From: Haliotis rufescens
Lineage: Eukaryota
Assembly: GCF_023055435.1 (NCBI RefSeq)
Contig: NW_025964013.1
Location: 3,782,001-3,846,000, forward strand
Reading direction: 5' to 3'
DNA: 64,000 nt
Shown: positions 26,646-40,847 of the stretch, piece by piece
Position numbering within the stretch: position 1 is the stretch's first letter
Layout: each line of letters starts with the position of its first letter
Notes under the pieces: generated by a model
The model's database searches: none
What the model was told of the DNA's origin: nothing
Seen by the model: the letters and a program-made list of their open reading frames with translations, nothing else
Made by a program: the position numbers and the translations under genes

Positions 26646-27629
26646 AAAGATGTTGTCTCTAGGAATAATGGAATAACCTCGTCGGACGATTGGAAACAGG
26701 GGAATTGCAGTCGCCTGTAAGCATGGTACGTCATTTGACCGAAGCAGGCCAAGCTGACCCGTGTTTCACCTGCTGCCAAGCGCATCTTCATGTCAGCAAC
26801 TCAAACATTGACAAGCCTGAACATGTTGTACGGACAAGTTGGATAACAGCCCCTAACGTGTGATCCGTACTCTAATATATTCTTTTATGGCAGTACGTGT
26901 CAGTCAGTATCTTACTTGGTGGTTGTCAAGGATTCTTTCTATAATTTTCATCATTATTGTGTGCATTTTATGACATGTGAAGTCTGTTTCAGCAGATATG
27001 CGAATATGTTTATTATCTGTGGTTTATGTCAAGAATCTAATGTTAGATATCCGAGACTCATGATCTCTACGTATGTCATTTTCCATTTAATTTTTCAGAT
27101 TGATGACTGGTCCACTGTTGTCCTGTCAATAGTATAGTATCGCTCTCCAAGTGTACAAATGGGCAGTAAATGAATTTTCATCCCACAATAAACATCTGTT
27201 TATGAACCTCCTTTTCAGGAAAAGGCTACCAACGTCTCGAATGGCAATGTCTATAAAGATATATTGATGTCCGGTAATTAAAAGGGGTTTCAGATGCTGT
27301 TCATTGATTCATGTGTTTAAGGGAAGACGTAAGTGCTGTGGCGCGAACTCCTGTCCAGGTTTCCTCCCTTCAGTCATTTGTGACACACTCCCAGATGTGG
27401 TGCCTAATTAAGACAACGCCTATTGATGTAATGGAATAATCCATCTTACTTCAATGTACTTCAATTTATGTTTGGTTAAGGTCGGTAAAATACTTTGGAA
27501 CAGCATTATCATGGACATCAAGTGTACCTGGCACTTCAAAGAGTCCAAGGGACTGTTAAAAACTCAAATGTTCACTACCAGACGCACAAAAAGCGCCTTT
27601 TAGCATATCCAATCTGGATATGGGCGTTG

Positions 27630-28740
27630 CATTATTTTATATATATGAATTTGTATATAAAGATTAAAATTAATAAATGCAGCAAAGAGGGTTTGGTCAG
27701 GCTAGTCATCAGCTCAGGGCCCTTGCCCCCTCTACACGCAGCCCAGACAGCGAATGGGACTTCTCCCAGGAAGCGCTGCCTTGTCAAAACCAGCCAGAAC
27801 GCTTTGGAGAATGTGAAGACTCCCCAACACTGCACCCAGATTGTCAGAAGGGCTGTATTCCTTTCGGAAAACCAGGGTACTCTCCCAATGTCAGTCTATA
27901 CATTAGCAGGAACCAAACCAAAAGCACCAAGAACAATAGGGAGTAAAAAGACTTGATACCTGGGATGCAAGCTTGATATTTCGTAAGCGAGGTCCGCAAA
28001 TTTGCCATGTTTCTCCTTAATCTTGTCCATCATATTAGTTTCTAAGAGGACAGAGAATTCAATGATATAATGGTTTCATTGGATTTATGAAAACTGAAAA
28101 GATCAGGTTTGTGGCCTGGATACGCCTGAGGCTGTACACGGTCCTACTCCAAATTATTCATTTTCCGTGATGCCCTCTACATATTCTGGGTCGTGCCATG
28201 CACGTACCTCTGTGTTAAGATCACACGCAAAGCGACGATGGTAATAATATAATAGAGCCAAGCCATCATGATTCTTAAGCTTCTGTGTGCGTGTCAAAGC
28301 TGTGAATCCACTGACAATGTGTTGGACAGTATCAATAAATTAATTGCATAATCTACATTTCATATTTACATTGTGATGCAGAATCACACATTGACGGTTT
28401 CGAGTGGGATGTGAGTGGACAGAAAGCTCTGTTTCACTTTTCTGGCCAGCCGACTTCACCTAAGGGAAGGACTCTCCGGGATTACTGTTCTTATCAACAC
28501 GCCCGATGCAGCGGTCGTTCAGAATGCCTGTGCCGATTTGACCTGACATTTCTCTTGGTTGACACTTATTTCTGCAGTACAGCACCAACATAGACATTAA
28601 GATTATGTCCCACATCCTTGGCTCATTTCGGACAACTGTTGAATGCCTTGTTTTCATCATGAATCTTGACATGCTTCACAAGAGAATCATCAGACAAATA
28701 AATGTGTCACGAAGGGCTATGTGTGAGGATGTTAATTCCC
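27630..28740 (-). mobile_element. R4/Dong-like RLE non-LTR retrotransposon, 3' fragment with 3' UTR
   Basis: Minus strand MKCRLCN..IDTVQHIVSG (Zn knuckle), KPDL..IIEFSV..KEKHGKFADLAYEI..LPIVLGAFG (PD-D/E nuclease). The 3' UTR matches 43460-43600. Confidence 0.85.
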
Positions 28741-29182
28741 TGAATTTCTTATTTCATCCAATCACCAAAATCAAAAGTATATGAAAGTACAGGTACAAGT
28801 CTTTTGGCTTTGAATCCATATTTGAAGATTCACTGTAAACTATAGCAATGATCATAGTTGATACAAAATTCCACTTCAACTCATTTTAATAAATACAATC
28901 CAGGATCACCTAACTTAGTACAGAAGTGATGACTTGTTATTTGACTTATTGACTGGGTACACATACACAGACATTCTAAACAATCTGTTGTTGACTCGTG
29001 TGTTGTGTCTGGACCATTCTATTCTGACAGTCAGATAAGCAGTATGTGATTAACTGCCCTCTACAATGTTGTATTATGGTGTGTTGCAAATGGCGTGTGC
29101 TAACCACTCTGGGGCTATTCATCTGAAGACCCAGTTAACGGGATGTATTTTAATATCCTTTGACAGAGTGGAAATATAATAT

Positions 29183-29310
29183 ATTGACTTCCCGTTTTGG
29201 GGTAGAGAGCTGTTCAAATTCGCTTGTGTGAGTCCAAGGTATTATCGTTCTTGAAACATAAAGGTATGTTTGGCCCTCCTACCTAGCGTACATAATTTGT
29301 TGATGTTTGT
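29183..29310 (+). promoter_or_regulatory. Conserved non-coding block upstream of TLR pseudogene 2
   Basis: Homologous to 20680-20820. Contains AAG|GTATGT, a possible splice donor near 29263. Confidence 0.4.
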
Positions 29311-29407
29311 CCATACTTACAGGTAATGTCAAGCTTTATTCTATGAACAAAACAGAACTATCTTCGCCCGATCCATGCCAGGACATAATGTGCATATTAT
29401 GCACATA

Positions 29408-30790
29408 TCTAAACTAAGCGACAAAAGAAAGTATAGGTTGGCAATTTGTAATTTTCCTAAAAACAGCGATAACTTGTGGAAAGTGGATATTGGGAATATG
29501 ACTGCCCAGGAACAGGTACCAAAAAACACCTCACCCGAACGCGCCACCTTTGACGGTGCTCGTGCGGTGACAAAAAAATGGTGAAACAGGTTTCCCGCCT
29601 ATGGCAAAAACTGCCCGTGCATGTTAGCTGTATAAATGCGTTCGTCTGCAGGGTATAACCACACGTGACGAAAGCACACAAAAGAAATGCCACGACTGTC
29701 ACAGGAGCAGAGAGAGAGAGAGCCATCGGTATGGCCGAAATGGGGGCAACACAGGTCCAAATTACCAGAAGGTTTGGTTGTACACCATTGACAGTAGTCA
29801 GGCTGATTCAACGGTACAGGCAGACAGGGAGGACACAGGACAGGCCAAGAATCGGACGACCCCGAGTGACAGCACCACTGGAAGACGGTCAGATACGGCT
29901 CATTCACCTGCGAAACAGATTTGTAACGGCGGCGGCGACGGCAGCAACAGCAAATGGGACATCCCATTAGCCAACGTACAGTACTACGACGACTTCGTGC
30001 TGCTGGAGTCCGAGCGTATCGTCCTTTCCGAGGAATGGTACTGACTGCTCAACATCGACTCCTGAGACTGCGATAGGCGAGGCAGGTTCGACGCTGGCAA
30101 GTGAGAAATTGGCGTCGAGTGCTGTTTACTGATCAAAGCCGGTTTAACTTGTTTCGAAACGACGGCAGAGAACGAGTTTATCGACGCAGAGGGTAACGTT
30201 TGGTGTGTATTCGAGAGGCCCATCCATTCATCGGGGGAGGTGTCATGGTGTGGGCGGTATTTGTGGAGATCAGAAGACTGATTTGGTGATTATACAGGGA
30301 AACCTGAACGCTGTGCAGTACAGAAACCAAGTTTTGCAGCCAGTTGTGCTTCCGTTCTTACAACACGACAATGCCAGGCCCCATACTGCAAGACTGACTC
30401 GTAACTTTCTAAACCAGCAGAACGTTGACGTTTTGCCCTGGCCTGCCCACTCACCCGATATGAATCCTATTGAACATCTGTACGACCATCTTAACAGACA
30501 GACAGAGCACGCCATCAGTCTCCCGTCAACAGACAAGAATTGCAGCAGGCCCTGAGAGACGAATGGCAACAGATTCCAGTCCACGTCATCAGAATGCACT
30601 GAGGCAGCTGGAGGTCATACACGCTATTGAAGGCAACTGTGTCGACAATGAACTTGTAGCGTGTCTGACAATTTTTTGGTGACATTTCAGACAACTGTTG
30701 AAAATGAAATATCTTACCCCACCATTGTTTACCTTGAGCTTACATTACCTGTGATTGCACAATTTCATTCATACTGTGGTTGATCAATCA
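29408..30790 (+). mobile_element. Tc1 element, decayed
   Basis: Transposase from ATG 29687 (MPRLSQEQRERAIGM), DRPRIGRPRVT, LQHDNARPH...SPDMNPIEH, GGHTRY* at 30630. Right TIR not found. Confidence 0.9.
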
Positions 30791-30919
30791 TTTGTTACCC
30801 CTCCCTAGATTATATTATAATTCACAACAAAACCTCTTCTTGTTATTTTTTTATCGATCATGGAACTCGACCTAAACATTCTTTTGCCGCCTAGTTTATT
30901 ATTTAAATAGTTATTACCA

Positions 30920-31066
30920 GATAAAGCTGTGGATAATTTGGTGGACAAGCACAGAATCATAATCAGGGTGACCATGGGTTTGAACCCATGATAAATAGGC
31001 TTCCAGCACGCCTCAGTAACGCAAATTGATGCGGCGAATTGCGACGCCTCTGTGGAAGTGGACACC
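30920..31066 (-). mobile_element. SINE family C, old copy
   Basis: AGAATCATAATCAGGG..GGGTTTGAACCCATGAT matches 20927-20970. Confidence 0.65.
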
Positions 31067-32727
31067 AGTATACCAGTTAATGATGAAAAAGCTAAGACTG
31101 GAGAAAAGAGTATGCTGCAGTACATGCTATTCCACCTGCTGTTTGAACAATGGGAGCAGACTGTTACTGCTAGAATTTAAATAACTGAGAGATATGTGCA
31201 CGTTTCGATAACGCTTAACGATACAGGACATGTTATGAACTAAACTCGTCAGAAGACATTGAAACCGATGTAGTATTGCATTCCTATCACTGAATTATCA
31301 CACGCATTCAATAAGCGCTACCTTTATGTGTACATTGTTTAAAAACACAACGATAACATGATCCCAGAGTTGTATATCCTTGTTCAGTCAGGTTGTGGTA
31401 GACTGGATTTCTACTTCCCAGGAAAATCCACTGTTGTCCTCAATAAGGGCAGTGGTGTTTACAATGATTGAAAATGTATTACAAGACACGTTCCATGACA
31501 TCGGTATGTCATTGTCATTGGGTCATGTTCCTCAGATCATGGTGTAATTACATAAGAAGAAGGCAACGAAAAAGGTAGAAAAACAATTTTCTTTCTATCA
31601 GCTAAAAGTAACTAATGAGAGGCATCAAGACCCCAAGTGACACAGACAATGATCTCTAGTTATTAAAACCACATACATACAAGCTGAGTAGCTAAGCAAC
31701 TGTATAAAGAAGAAAATACCCCCTCTGTCCTTGTTTATTGTGCCATGTGTGGTGACTTTATGGACAATTTGTGGTTGTGAACAACCTGTTATTGTCAACA
31801 ATGATCATAAACCTCAATTGGTACAGCCAAATATCAACTGTTTTAATTCATTACTATTGCAGTTTATGTTCCGTGTGATTTTTATGTGATTGATCAAGCA
31901 TTTGATCTCACGCTCCTGCAAGGCTCTATGCTACTTGTTATACACACCTGTATTTAAACAACTGTAATGTCAGGTTTGTCTTCTGTCTACAACAATCACA
32001 TTTAAAACAAGTGGGGAGGGAGTTCTGGATTAAAGCCGCTTTGAACTGTGTTTACTTGCCGGTCGGGCAATGGGTTAAGTACTGTGCACACGAAATAGGA
32101 CTAGTGACCCGGCATGTCACTGGCACATACATGGCGTTAAATCCTACAGCGAGGATACAATATGCGTGTGAGGCTTTCATTGTGCAATATTTACCCAGAG
32201 GATACAGCTATGCAATAAGTGTCGTAAGCTTTCATAGAACTATTTTGTTAATAGTTCCAAATATTTGTGTCCTTCTTCCTCGTCTATTCAATTTTATATG
32301 ACGCATCAGCGCACAGTATATGCGCTGCACGCTAACCCTATCAACAACATGAACGCTCTACAATTAGCGGCGGACAGGGATTTGCACACATATACACAAT
32401 GATTTCATAGTGCTATTACAATAATCTTTGGAAGTCAACTATGCCGTTTAATGTGGGCGTGTGAAGTTTAAGTGTTTTAATATGACATGTTATATTTGTG
32501 GACGAAGGAAAGTAAAACAGAAAGCTATTATTGTCAACGTAACAGTGCAAAACATACTCATTTGCAAGGAATATGTTCTCTGATGAAGATGTTGGCGATA
32601 CATAGGTACTCTTTACATGTAGCATGATTCAGTCTATCATTAACCTATAACAAGCATTTAAAGTGGGTCTGCTGAAGTCATCGTGAATATCGCTAGCCTT
32701 GATCATGAAATAACTACCTTCATGAAA

Positions 32728-32800
32728 CGACGTTTAACGGCGCATTAGACAGTATTCCAGCTGTATCACGGCGTTTCGGCGTCATGTGGGAAATCGCCCC
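32728..32800 (-). mobile_element. SINE tail fragment (family C-like)
   Basis: Reverse complement TTTCCCACAT..ACGCCGTGATACAGCTGGAATACTG..GCGCCGTTAAAC. Confidence 0.6.
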
Positions 32801-33085
32801 GACGTGAAGCTGATCTCTATCGTTTAACACTTTCGTGAAATCCACAAGCACGCTTATCTGTTGAAGTCATACAATTAGTACTTACCCGAGATTTGCAAGA
32901 ACATGTACATCTTTGCTTTGACGTCAGTTGTAACAGGTTGTCGCCGGGTTAGTTTTCAGAAAACATATAAAGATATCGAAAGGTTTATTCAGTTTGGAGT
33001 GAGTGGCACATGCATTCGGGCATATGCATTCGAGCACATAAACGAAGATATTTATGATCACATGTACCTTTCTACTTCAGTTAAA

Positions 33086-35261
33086 ATGGGTTCAGTTACA
33101 GTACTGCACCTTCTGGTAATAATGGCTGGCCTTAGGACCAACGATATGTTACATACTGAGCACACTGTCACCATGTGTCCCCCGTGCAGATGCCAGATAC
33201 TGAATGGTATAATTGTTGCTACCTGTGTAAAAGTCTCTTTGACATCAGTACATCAGAACCTTCCAAATACTACTGTGCCATTTGTCCTCATCAGTAACAA
33301 CTTACAAACGTTACAAGAAAGAATGTTCTTACGATTTCCACACTTGAAGGTGTTCACTGTTGTTGAGAACCACTAAGAAATGCATGCACGTTCTTGAGAA
33401 TGGCTTAGAGCCTTGGAAAGGTTAAATCTATCAAACAACCAAGGAATATTGATCCAGCGACGTTTACACCTTTGACTAATCTGGCAGTCTTGGACATATC
33501 TAAAAACAAAGATATCGGCCTAAGCGATATTGGGAACATAACATCTGGTTTAAGGAATTGCCAGTAAAGAAACTCTTTATGAATAGTTTCATCAGTGAAT
33601 ATTCTGAACATGTATGTATTGTGATAAGAAATTAGTTCATATAGCACTTACATAACACCTCTCTGGAGGAGTTCTATGCTAACCACAACTTCATTGAACT
33701 CTTTGGAAGGGAAGCGTTGACATATTTTCCGAAAACTCTAAGAAAAGTATCATTGAAAGAAAACAAGCTTACCTTTGGCTGCTATCTAATGAGTTTCTTT
33801 TTTTTAAAAGGTCTAGAACTTGACTTGAGTGGAGAACCCCACTCACGTGAACTGCAATACTTCGACTGCCAGATCCCCACAATGTTTGGGGAAATGACTA
33901 TCAATGGAATAACCGCTGATCACCACGTCTCTTTCAGTCAAATTAGTTCAACACCTTCCCAAAGAGGAAATAACCCCCCCCCCCCCCCTTCCACAGAATT
34001 TAAAACGAGCCTCGTATGCATACGCTCGACTCCCTTACCACATTGGTAGAATATCATTTGGTAAAAACTCATTGTCATATGTGGATGTATCCAACAATAT
34101 CTTATCAACGTGGACTGGTCCATTTACAGGTCCAGTTACTGGTCTGGAGAATATAAACTATCTAAATCTGTCAAATAATGGATACCCCGTGGTCTTGTCC
34201 ATACATTCCCTACCCTCATACAACTTCATGGGAAGCGTACTACATGACGATACTGATAGTATTGTTCTAAGAAACCGCTGCTAAACAATACGTGACTTAA
34301 ATCAAATTTCTTTCCTTTTTTCACCAGAAATTGTTTAGCCGTTTATACTCACTCAAAGAACTGAACCTTGGAAGTAATAACATACATCCGAATTTGGAGG
34401 TAGAAGTAGGGCACATGAAAAGTCTTCAGAAACTTGTCCTCAACAACAATCAGATACGGTGGCTTCAGGTGTTCGTTATACAATCTCTTGACAAAATTGC
34501 TCAAGGAAAACAAATTAAAGGTAGATTTGTCCCAGAACCCCATAGCCTGTACATGCTACAATTTAGACTTTCTCAGATGGATGTTGACAGCCCAAATCAA
34601 CTTTGGCAACCTAAGCAACTATTATTGCCTCTACAGTAGTGGAACGAAACGGGTTCTGGAAGATTTGGAGTCTGTAGAGAATTAGAAATCTCATGTTATA
34701 ACTATTTTGGTCTTTCACTTAGTATGATGTCGTTGTTTGTACTAACTGCGTCTTTGATAGTATGTAACATTGGGTATCGGTACCGCTGGAAATACGGTAC
34801 TGGTATTATGCTGCAAGGCTGCGGTACAGCATTCTGACTGAGACAGTAACAGATCAAACATTTGATTTTGACGCTTTCGTTTCATATGCCGACGAGAATC
34901 GTGATTTTGTTGTGAATGATCTCAGACAGAAGTGGGAATCAGAGGCAGGCTTACGACTGAACATACACCAGGGAAACTTCAGGCTAGGTCGTCCAATTGC
35001 CGCCAACATCATTACAGCTGTGAAAAAGAGCAAGAGAGCTCTCATTATTCTATCGCGAGACTCTCTAGAAAGCTATTGGTGTACCTGTGAACTTCAAATG
35101 GCCAACATGGAGAGTGTTACCACCGGTCGGGATGTGCTGCTTATCATTATGTATGAACAGATACCAACAAGAGACATTCCTGCTGAAATCCTGTATCATA
35201 TACAGACTGATTCCTACATCGAATACCCTAATGAAGGAGATACAGATGTCTTCTGAATAAG
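33086..35261 (+). pseudogene. Toll-like receptor pseudogene 2
   Basis: MGSVTVLHLLVIMAGL..CPPCRC, first stop at 33374, many frameshifts. LRRCT NPIACTC, TM, TIR fragment ORF 34912-35256. A 22-bp deletion removes box 3. Confidence 0.93.
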
Positions 35262-36285
35262 AGAAAGAGTGAAAAGAGAATACCTAAAAGAGGGCATTTG
35301 TGGCTATGTGTCAAGGTCACGATCAAGTGAGAAGTCGACAATTTTACTGAAGAGTATTGAAGAGTTTCTATGCTCATCACACGATTTCCATGAACGTATC
35401 CTGTCAGTTCAAGACAATCTTACAAGGCAATCGGCGATCATCAAAGGACAGAAAGCATTCCCTTCGACAAGATGAAGAAAACAGAGAACAAAATAGCAGC
35501 ATGCAGAAAATTATGGATTCTGTGAACATGACTACTGATAAAACTGTGCCAGCTACCCCTATACTCTGTACACACAAAATATTTAGACTCTCAGTTTGAC
35601 ACCATTTGTGCACAGACTGAATATTTCAAAAGGAAAATGACAGTTAGGAACACAGACTGTTTAATAAAGTAAAGTAATTTAAAGATTCTGAAATCAAGAA
35701 TGTGCATGGTGAGATGAAAATAAAGTTCACAGGTGTAAACAGCTATTGGCATCAGATAGGAAATGAACATGCCACGTTACGTTATCACGTTGACAAGCAA
35801 GACAATGGCCCCCGGGTCTCATTTTGATGTCACTAACACACAGTCTTTTTATCTCAACATTATGTCACAGAATGCCCTCCTGGAACTAACAAATAGAAAC
35901 ATTGAAAATAAGGCAAGTTTAAAACATCAGGGATAGTAAGGTGGAGTCAGTTGAGAGAAAGGACTCACGGGGTTCTAGATTTTGCCTTTTGAGACCAACG
36001 GTGTTAAGAACATTTCTTCCTGCGGATATTTTAATTTAGAGAAAATAGTGTGTTGGCTCTCTTCCTTTAAAATACTTTAGATGTTGCTGACACACTCACT
36101 TGATAGTGGATGTAGTGATTTGGTGGATTTTTGTTTAAGGTGTTTATTTGTTACCAAAGAGAAGTATAGTGGTTAAGTATAATTTTGTAAATAATCATGG
36201 CTGTTCATATCTTAGTATCCTAATTTAAGCAAATGTCTGTATACCGATACCGGTACCGAGTGTACGTATGTTTCTCCACAGGGCG

Positions 36286-36447
36286 GGGGCGGTCGGGTAG
36301 CCTAGTGGTTAAAGCGTTCGCTCGTCACGCCGAAGACCCGGGTTCGATTCCCGACATGGGTACAATGTGTGAAGCCCATTTCTGGTGTCCCCCGCCGTGA
36401 TATTGCTGGAATATTGCTAAAAGCGGCGTAAAACCAAACTCACTCAC
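36286..36447 (+). mobile_element. SINE family A, full length and young (tRNA-Asp-like head)
   Basis: Perfect 13-bp TSD TCTCCACAGGGCG (36273-36285 and 36448-36460), A box TAGCCTAGTGG, B box GGTTCGATTCC, (ACTC)n tail. Confidence 0.95.
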
Positions 36448-37199
36448 TCTCCACAGGGCGTCTAGGTTGAAGGTTTAAGCTTCTGCAATTATGGACAATA
36501 AGACAGTATACAGCTAGTCGTCCGGACTCTCATAATGATAAAGAGGCCCTACGTGTTGAGTGAAGAAACCCTGGTAGAATGAGGAGCCGGGTTTTGAGAT
36601 ACGTAAAGATGAATCGATTTAGGTGCAAGGGTAAAGGTAAAGTATTTATGCACAGAAATTATTGTTTGACGTCAAAACAACATATACCACATATGCTTTA
36701 TGTAGGCTTAAAAGAACACTTATAATTATTCCACACATTAATGTACACGTATAGCAACAGGACAATATACAAGCACACCTGCTAAAAGGAGAACATGTTC
36801 TACTTGCAAATAATCTGTTGACGTTTCAATCCATTGCTCACTTTATACTCAACTTTGATCATATCTTATTACTCAGTGCCAATCTGTGTGTACTAGTTTT
36901 GTGGTTTCAATGATATGAAGAAAGTGATTTGGATCATTGTAATGTCAAGCCGAATTATGGTACATTTACAGCCAAATGGTTTATCTGAACTTCTGTGTAC
37001 GTTTATATCAGCATATGACAACTGCTATATAAAACGTATGAAGTCCATGCACAGTAAGTCGATGGTCCTGGGTGTGAATGGGTCAACAGCGCGGTGTCTG
37101 CCTGAATCTTTCATGAGCGCATTAATACAAACAGTGGGTTTATATGGTGTGATCATGTTACGTCAAGGACTAACCAGACAATATCGTACTGTACAATTT

Positions 37200-37270
37200 C
37201 AAAAATTGTTTAAAATTTCTTTAAAATGTGTTTAAAACACGTTTAAAATGTCTTTTAAATGTGTTTAAAA
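37200..37270. repeat. 11-bp tandem repeat (TTTAAAATGTG-like), about 6 units
   Basis: TTTAAAA recurs every 11 bp. Confidence 0.75.
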
Positions 37271-39170
37271 AATATAAATAGCATTAATCAGTGATTACTT
37301 ATCGTACTATTTTCTAGCGAAACAATACAGTCACACATGTGGAAGTTATATCACGGCAGGCGGAGAGTAATGGAGTCTGACAGAGACCAGAAACCACTCA
37401 ATAGATACAACAATGAACCCTTAATCGGATACAATGATACAAAATTAGCAAGGTGCCACTTTGTAATCAACCGACGTTGTCTTAATGCGTTGGATCTTAT
37501 AACAAACACGAGGCACTGAGGACATTATGGCACCAGTGTTCTCCCATGAACATAGCAGTTCGAGGCGTCTGTGTTCATGCATGAAGACAAGACATAGTTA
37601 TACATGAAACCAAACACGCAGTCGTCGATCTTGTGTACGTATTAACATGTATGAATATAACGTATTGTTTAAACCCCATACAATCTTTCATGAAGCACTT
37701 GACACCAAAGCCTGTGATAAAACACTGCAAACTCCCGAGTCGTGATATGAGGATTCGTCACGGTAAGTGAATCACGAGAGGTTCCAAAGACCAAATTGGG
37801 ATAAGAACATTAACGGTATGACACAACAACGACCCCAAATAGTCCAATGTCTCCCTTTACGTTTATGAAACGTATAGCTAACGAAGATGTGACGAATAAG
37901 AATTAAAATATAAGTAATGTGTCGTCTTTCTATTCGGACACGTTAATCACATTACAAGAAAATCGTTTCTACAGCGCCATAATAACTATATGGATATATA
38001 ATAATATTAATATAATACCATAATTTCATATTGGTGTGTATAATTAGAAATTCCATATTTGCCCGAATTTGACCATTGTTCAGTCAGCACCATATCCTTG
38101 GTCGTGTGGGTCTTTATATACATGCATTGATATGTGGCGTGTTTCTTTTTATACAGCTAGTATGATTTAATTATGATAAATTATTCTTCCTCACCTGCTT
38201 GTAAACACCTAGGCACCTCTGTTATTCTCTCACCAAACTGTTTATATTATTTTTTTTTATACATTCATTTATTATACACCAACCTACTCTCCTGACAAGA
38301 AACAAGCTTCAACTTATACTTCACAATGCGAACTATGGCTAAGCAATTTACAAGAAGAGGACGATTACTCAATTCTCCATTTACTAAATCAAAAGCAGAG
38401 ACAGCGTAACCCAAAGGATATGATTTATACATTTCAAATGAACTTTCTCATTAGCCTCAATAAACCCCTACTCCTCAAAGCAATACCATAATAACGGAAG
38501 TATCGCGGATTTGAAAAACTCCGGTATGTATAATAATATATAAGGATTATTACTAACTTAACTATAAAGCGAATGTTCCAAATCTTTTTGGTGACATGTG
38601 AAAAGTTAACTGTGTATGGGAAGACAATGTCAAGATACTTAGACGTATTTACAATATTTGGCTGAAAATTATTAAGAAGCCAGGTTTCATTTTTAGCAAT
38701 TCTTCCACCTTTATTAAATAATATTTTCGTCTGCTTTGACCATTAATACACACATTAACTCAAGTCCATTCTTTAACCCTTTAAAGCAACAATAATTAAG
38801 GGAGATGAAGTTCTCAAACTCAAAGGTGGGGGAGCAGATGACAATTCGTTAACATTATTTAAAGTGAGGGGGAAAGAACTGGCGGCGAATCGTCACCATG
38901 ACAAACCCCGATAGTTGAAGAGGAAATGTCTGTAAAACTATTAACTGTAAGTCGAACACATATTTTGAAGTAAACTAAGAAATGTTGAACTTATCCCTGG
39001 TATATACAACTTGTATCACAAAGCGTGTATGTTGACATACTTAACTATAACTCTCCTTAACGCTCTTCCTCTTCAACTGGGATATAATACTTATCACACC
39101 ACACGGCCATCCGCGTAAAGGACATAAACTCCATACTAATACACGACAATAAGCTTAAACCTCTGTAATA

Positions 39171-40554
39171 TACTCTTCTAAAAAGGAAACGCAAAACGGA
39201 TATTTTTGGTCAAAATAGCAACATTAGCGGACCAAGAGGTGCAAAATGAAGAGGTTTAACGTGTTACAGTGTCAGTGACAAATTTCCCTGATCTAAATGA
39301 TCACAAGGACATTCAAACCATTAGTCGGGAAACACGTACGATTCGGAAAAACGCACCCAGTGCATTAACAAAAGGGCCATGGAGCTGGACGTACTGCACG
39401 TGCAGCAGAACCATGAATGGTATTAAAGTGCAGAGTTTTTGATTGCCTGGCATCTGCGTCCATCGAACAGTGACAGTTCAACAGCATACCAAGATTAACA
39501 GAAGTGCAAAGAAACAACGTCAGCGCCCAGCACCATCACAAGGCGGTAGGATCGGTTTCAACAGCATGGGTCAACACATGATCGGCCAAGGTTAGGACGA
39601 CCGAGGGTAACCATCTCCGCACCAGATCGCTACAGCCGACGACAACAGCCACCTCAACCGCATCCCAAATATCCGCACTGCGCAGAATCTCCGACCAGAC
39701 CGTACGAAACCGTTTAAGAACAGTAGGAGTACGAGCAAGACGTCCTGTTCGACGGGTCATATTGAGTCGACAACATCGTCAACAACGACTGCATTGGTGT
39801 CGGCCTCAACTACGATGGAGAGATGTCTGGTTCAGCGACGAATCAAGATTTCTCCTCCGTCGAGGGGATGGAAGAGCACGGGTCTACAGACGTCGGGGAG
39901 AACGTTACGCCGGAAACTGCGTATAGGAAGTGGACAGGTTTGGTGGGAGTATCGTTATGATATGGGTGGCTATCCCTCGTCATGGCAGGACAGGTTTGGT
40001 CCATATCCAGGGCAATATTACTGCTCAACAATACATCAACGAAATTCTCCTATCACACGTCCTTCCAATTGCAACGGTGTATTCGAGCAGGACAACGCTC
40101 GACGCATACAGCACGGATCACAGCCTGTCTACACACCAACGTTGATGTTTCTACCCTGGCTCTCCAGATCCCCGAATTTGAACCCGATAGAGCACCTGTG
40201 GGATGAATTGGATAGACGGCTACGCCGACGTCAACCACAACCACAGACGTTGCAGCAGTGGGCTTATGCGTTGTAGGCCGAGTGGGCTACCATTCCCCAG
40301 GATGTGATTCGCATACTCGTCTCTTCAATGGGGAGGAGATGTCAGGCCGCTATCGATTCCAACGGGGAACATACGCGTTATTGATGATAGCTGAGCTTCC
40401 CCTTGGACTTTTCCTATGTACCGATAACTGAGATGAATACAATCACTAAGTGTTCTCTCCACAACATTTTGGCTCAATACCTTGTACGGTTCCTCGTATA
40501 AATGTATTTTCCTACCTCACACATCTAGCTGTGCGTTTCCTTTTTGGAATAGCA
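39171..40554 (+). mobile_element. Tc1 element with both TIRs, decayed
   Basis: 23-bp TIRs with 3 mismatches (TACTCTTCTAAAAAGGAAACGCA, 39171-39193 and 40532-40554). WFSDESRF, FEQDNAR, SPNLNPIEHLWDEL. Confidence 0.9.
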
Positions 40555-40574
40555 TCCAACACATCTACCCACTT

Positions 40575-40847
40575 GGACGGGTGGCCCAGTCGTCTAAGGC
40601 GCCGCGATTCGCTGTGCAGAGTTGCGTCCCTTGGGCACGCCAGGAACCTATGATTGTGGGTTCGAATCCCGCTTCGCCGCGATTATATTTCTAGGTTTGT
40701 CAGCACCATACCCGTGCTCGTGGATTTCACCGAAGTGGTAAACGTCTGAGACCTGCATCACTTCGGGCTTTCCTCCCACATTAAGCTGACACGCCGTGAT
40801 ATGACTTGAATACTAAAAGCGGCGTTGAACCCAACTCACTCACTCAC
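40575..40847 (+). mobile_element. SINE family C, full length
   Basis: TSD TCTACCCAC(T/C)T (40564 and 40848), Leu-tRNA-like A box GTGGCCCAGTCGTCTAAGGCG, B box GGTTCGAATCCC, shared tail and (ACTC)n. Confidence 0.9.

Noticed and set aside
35262-36008. piggyBac 3' remnant (ends GGTGTTAA, weak PATPILC motif)
   Set aside because: Similarity too weak, and no matching left TIR found.
36286-36360. tRNA-Asp gene
   Set aside because: No acceptor stem or terminator. It is followed by a SINE body and tail, flanked by a TSD, and has many diverged copies.
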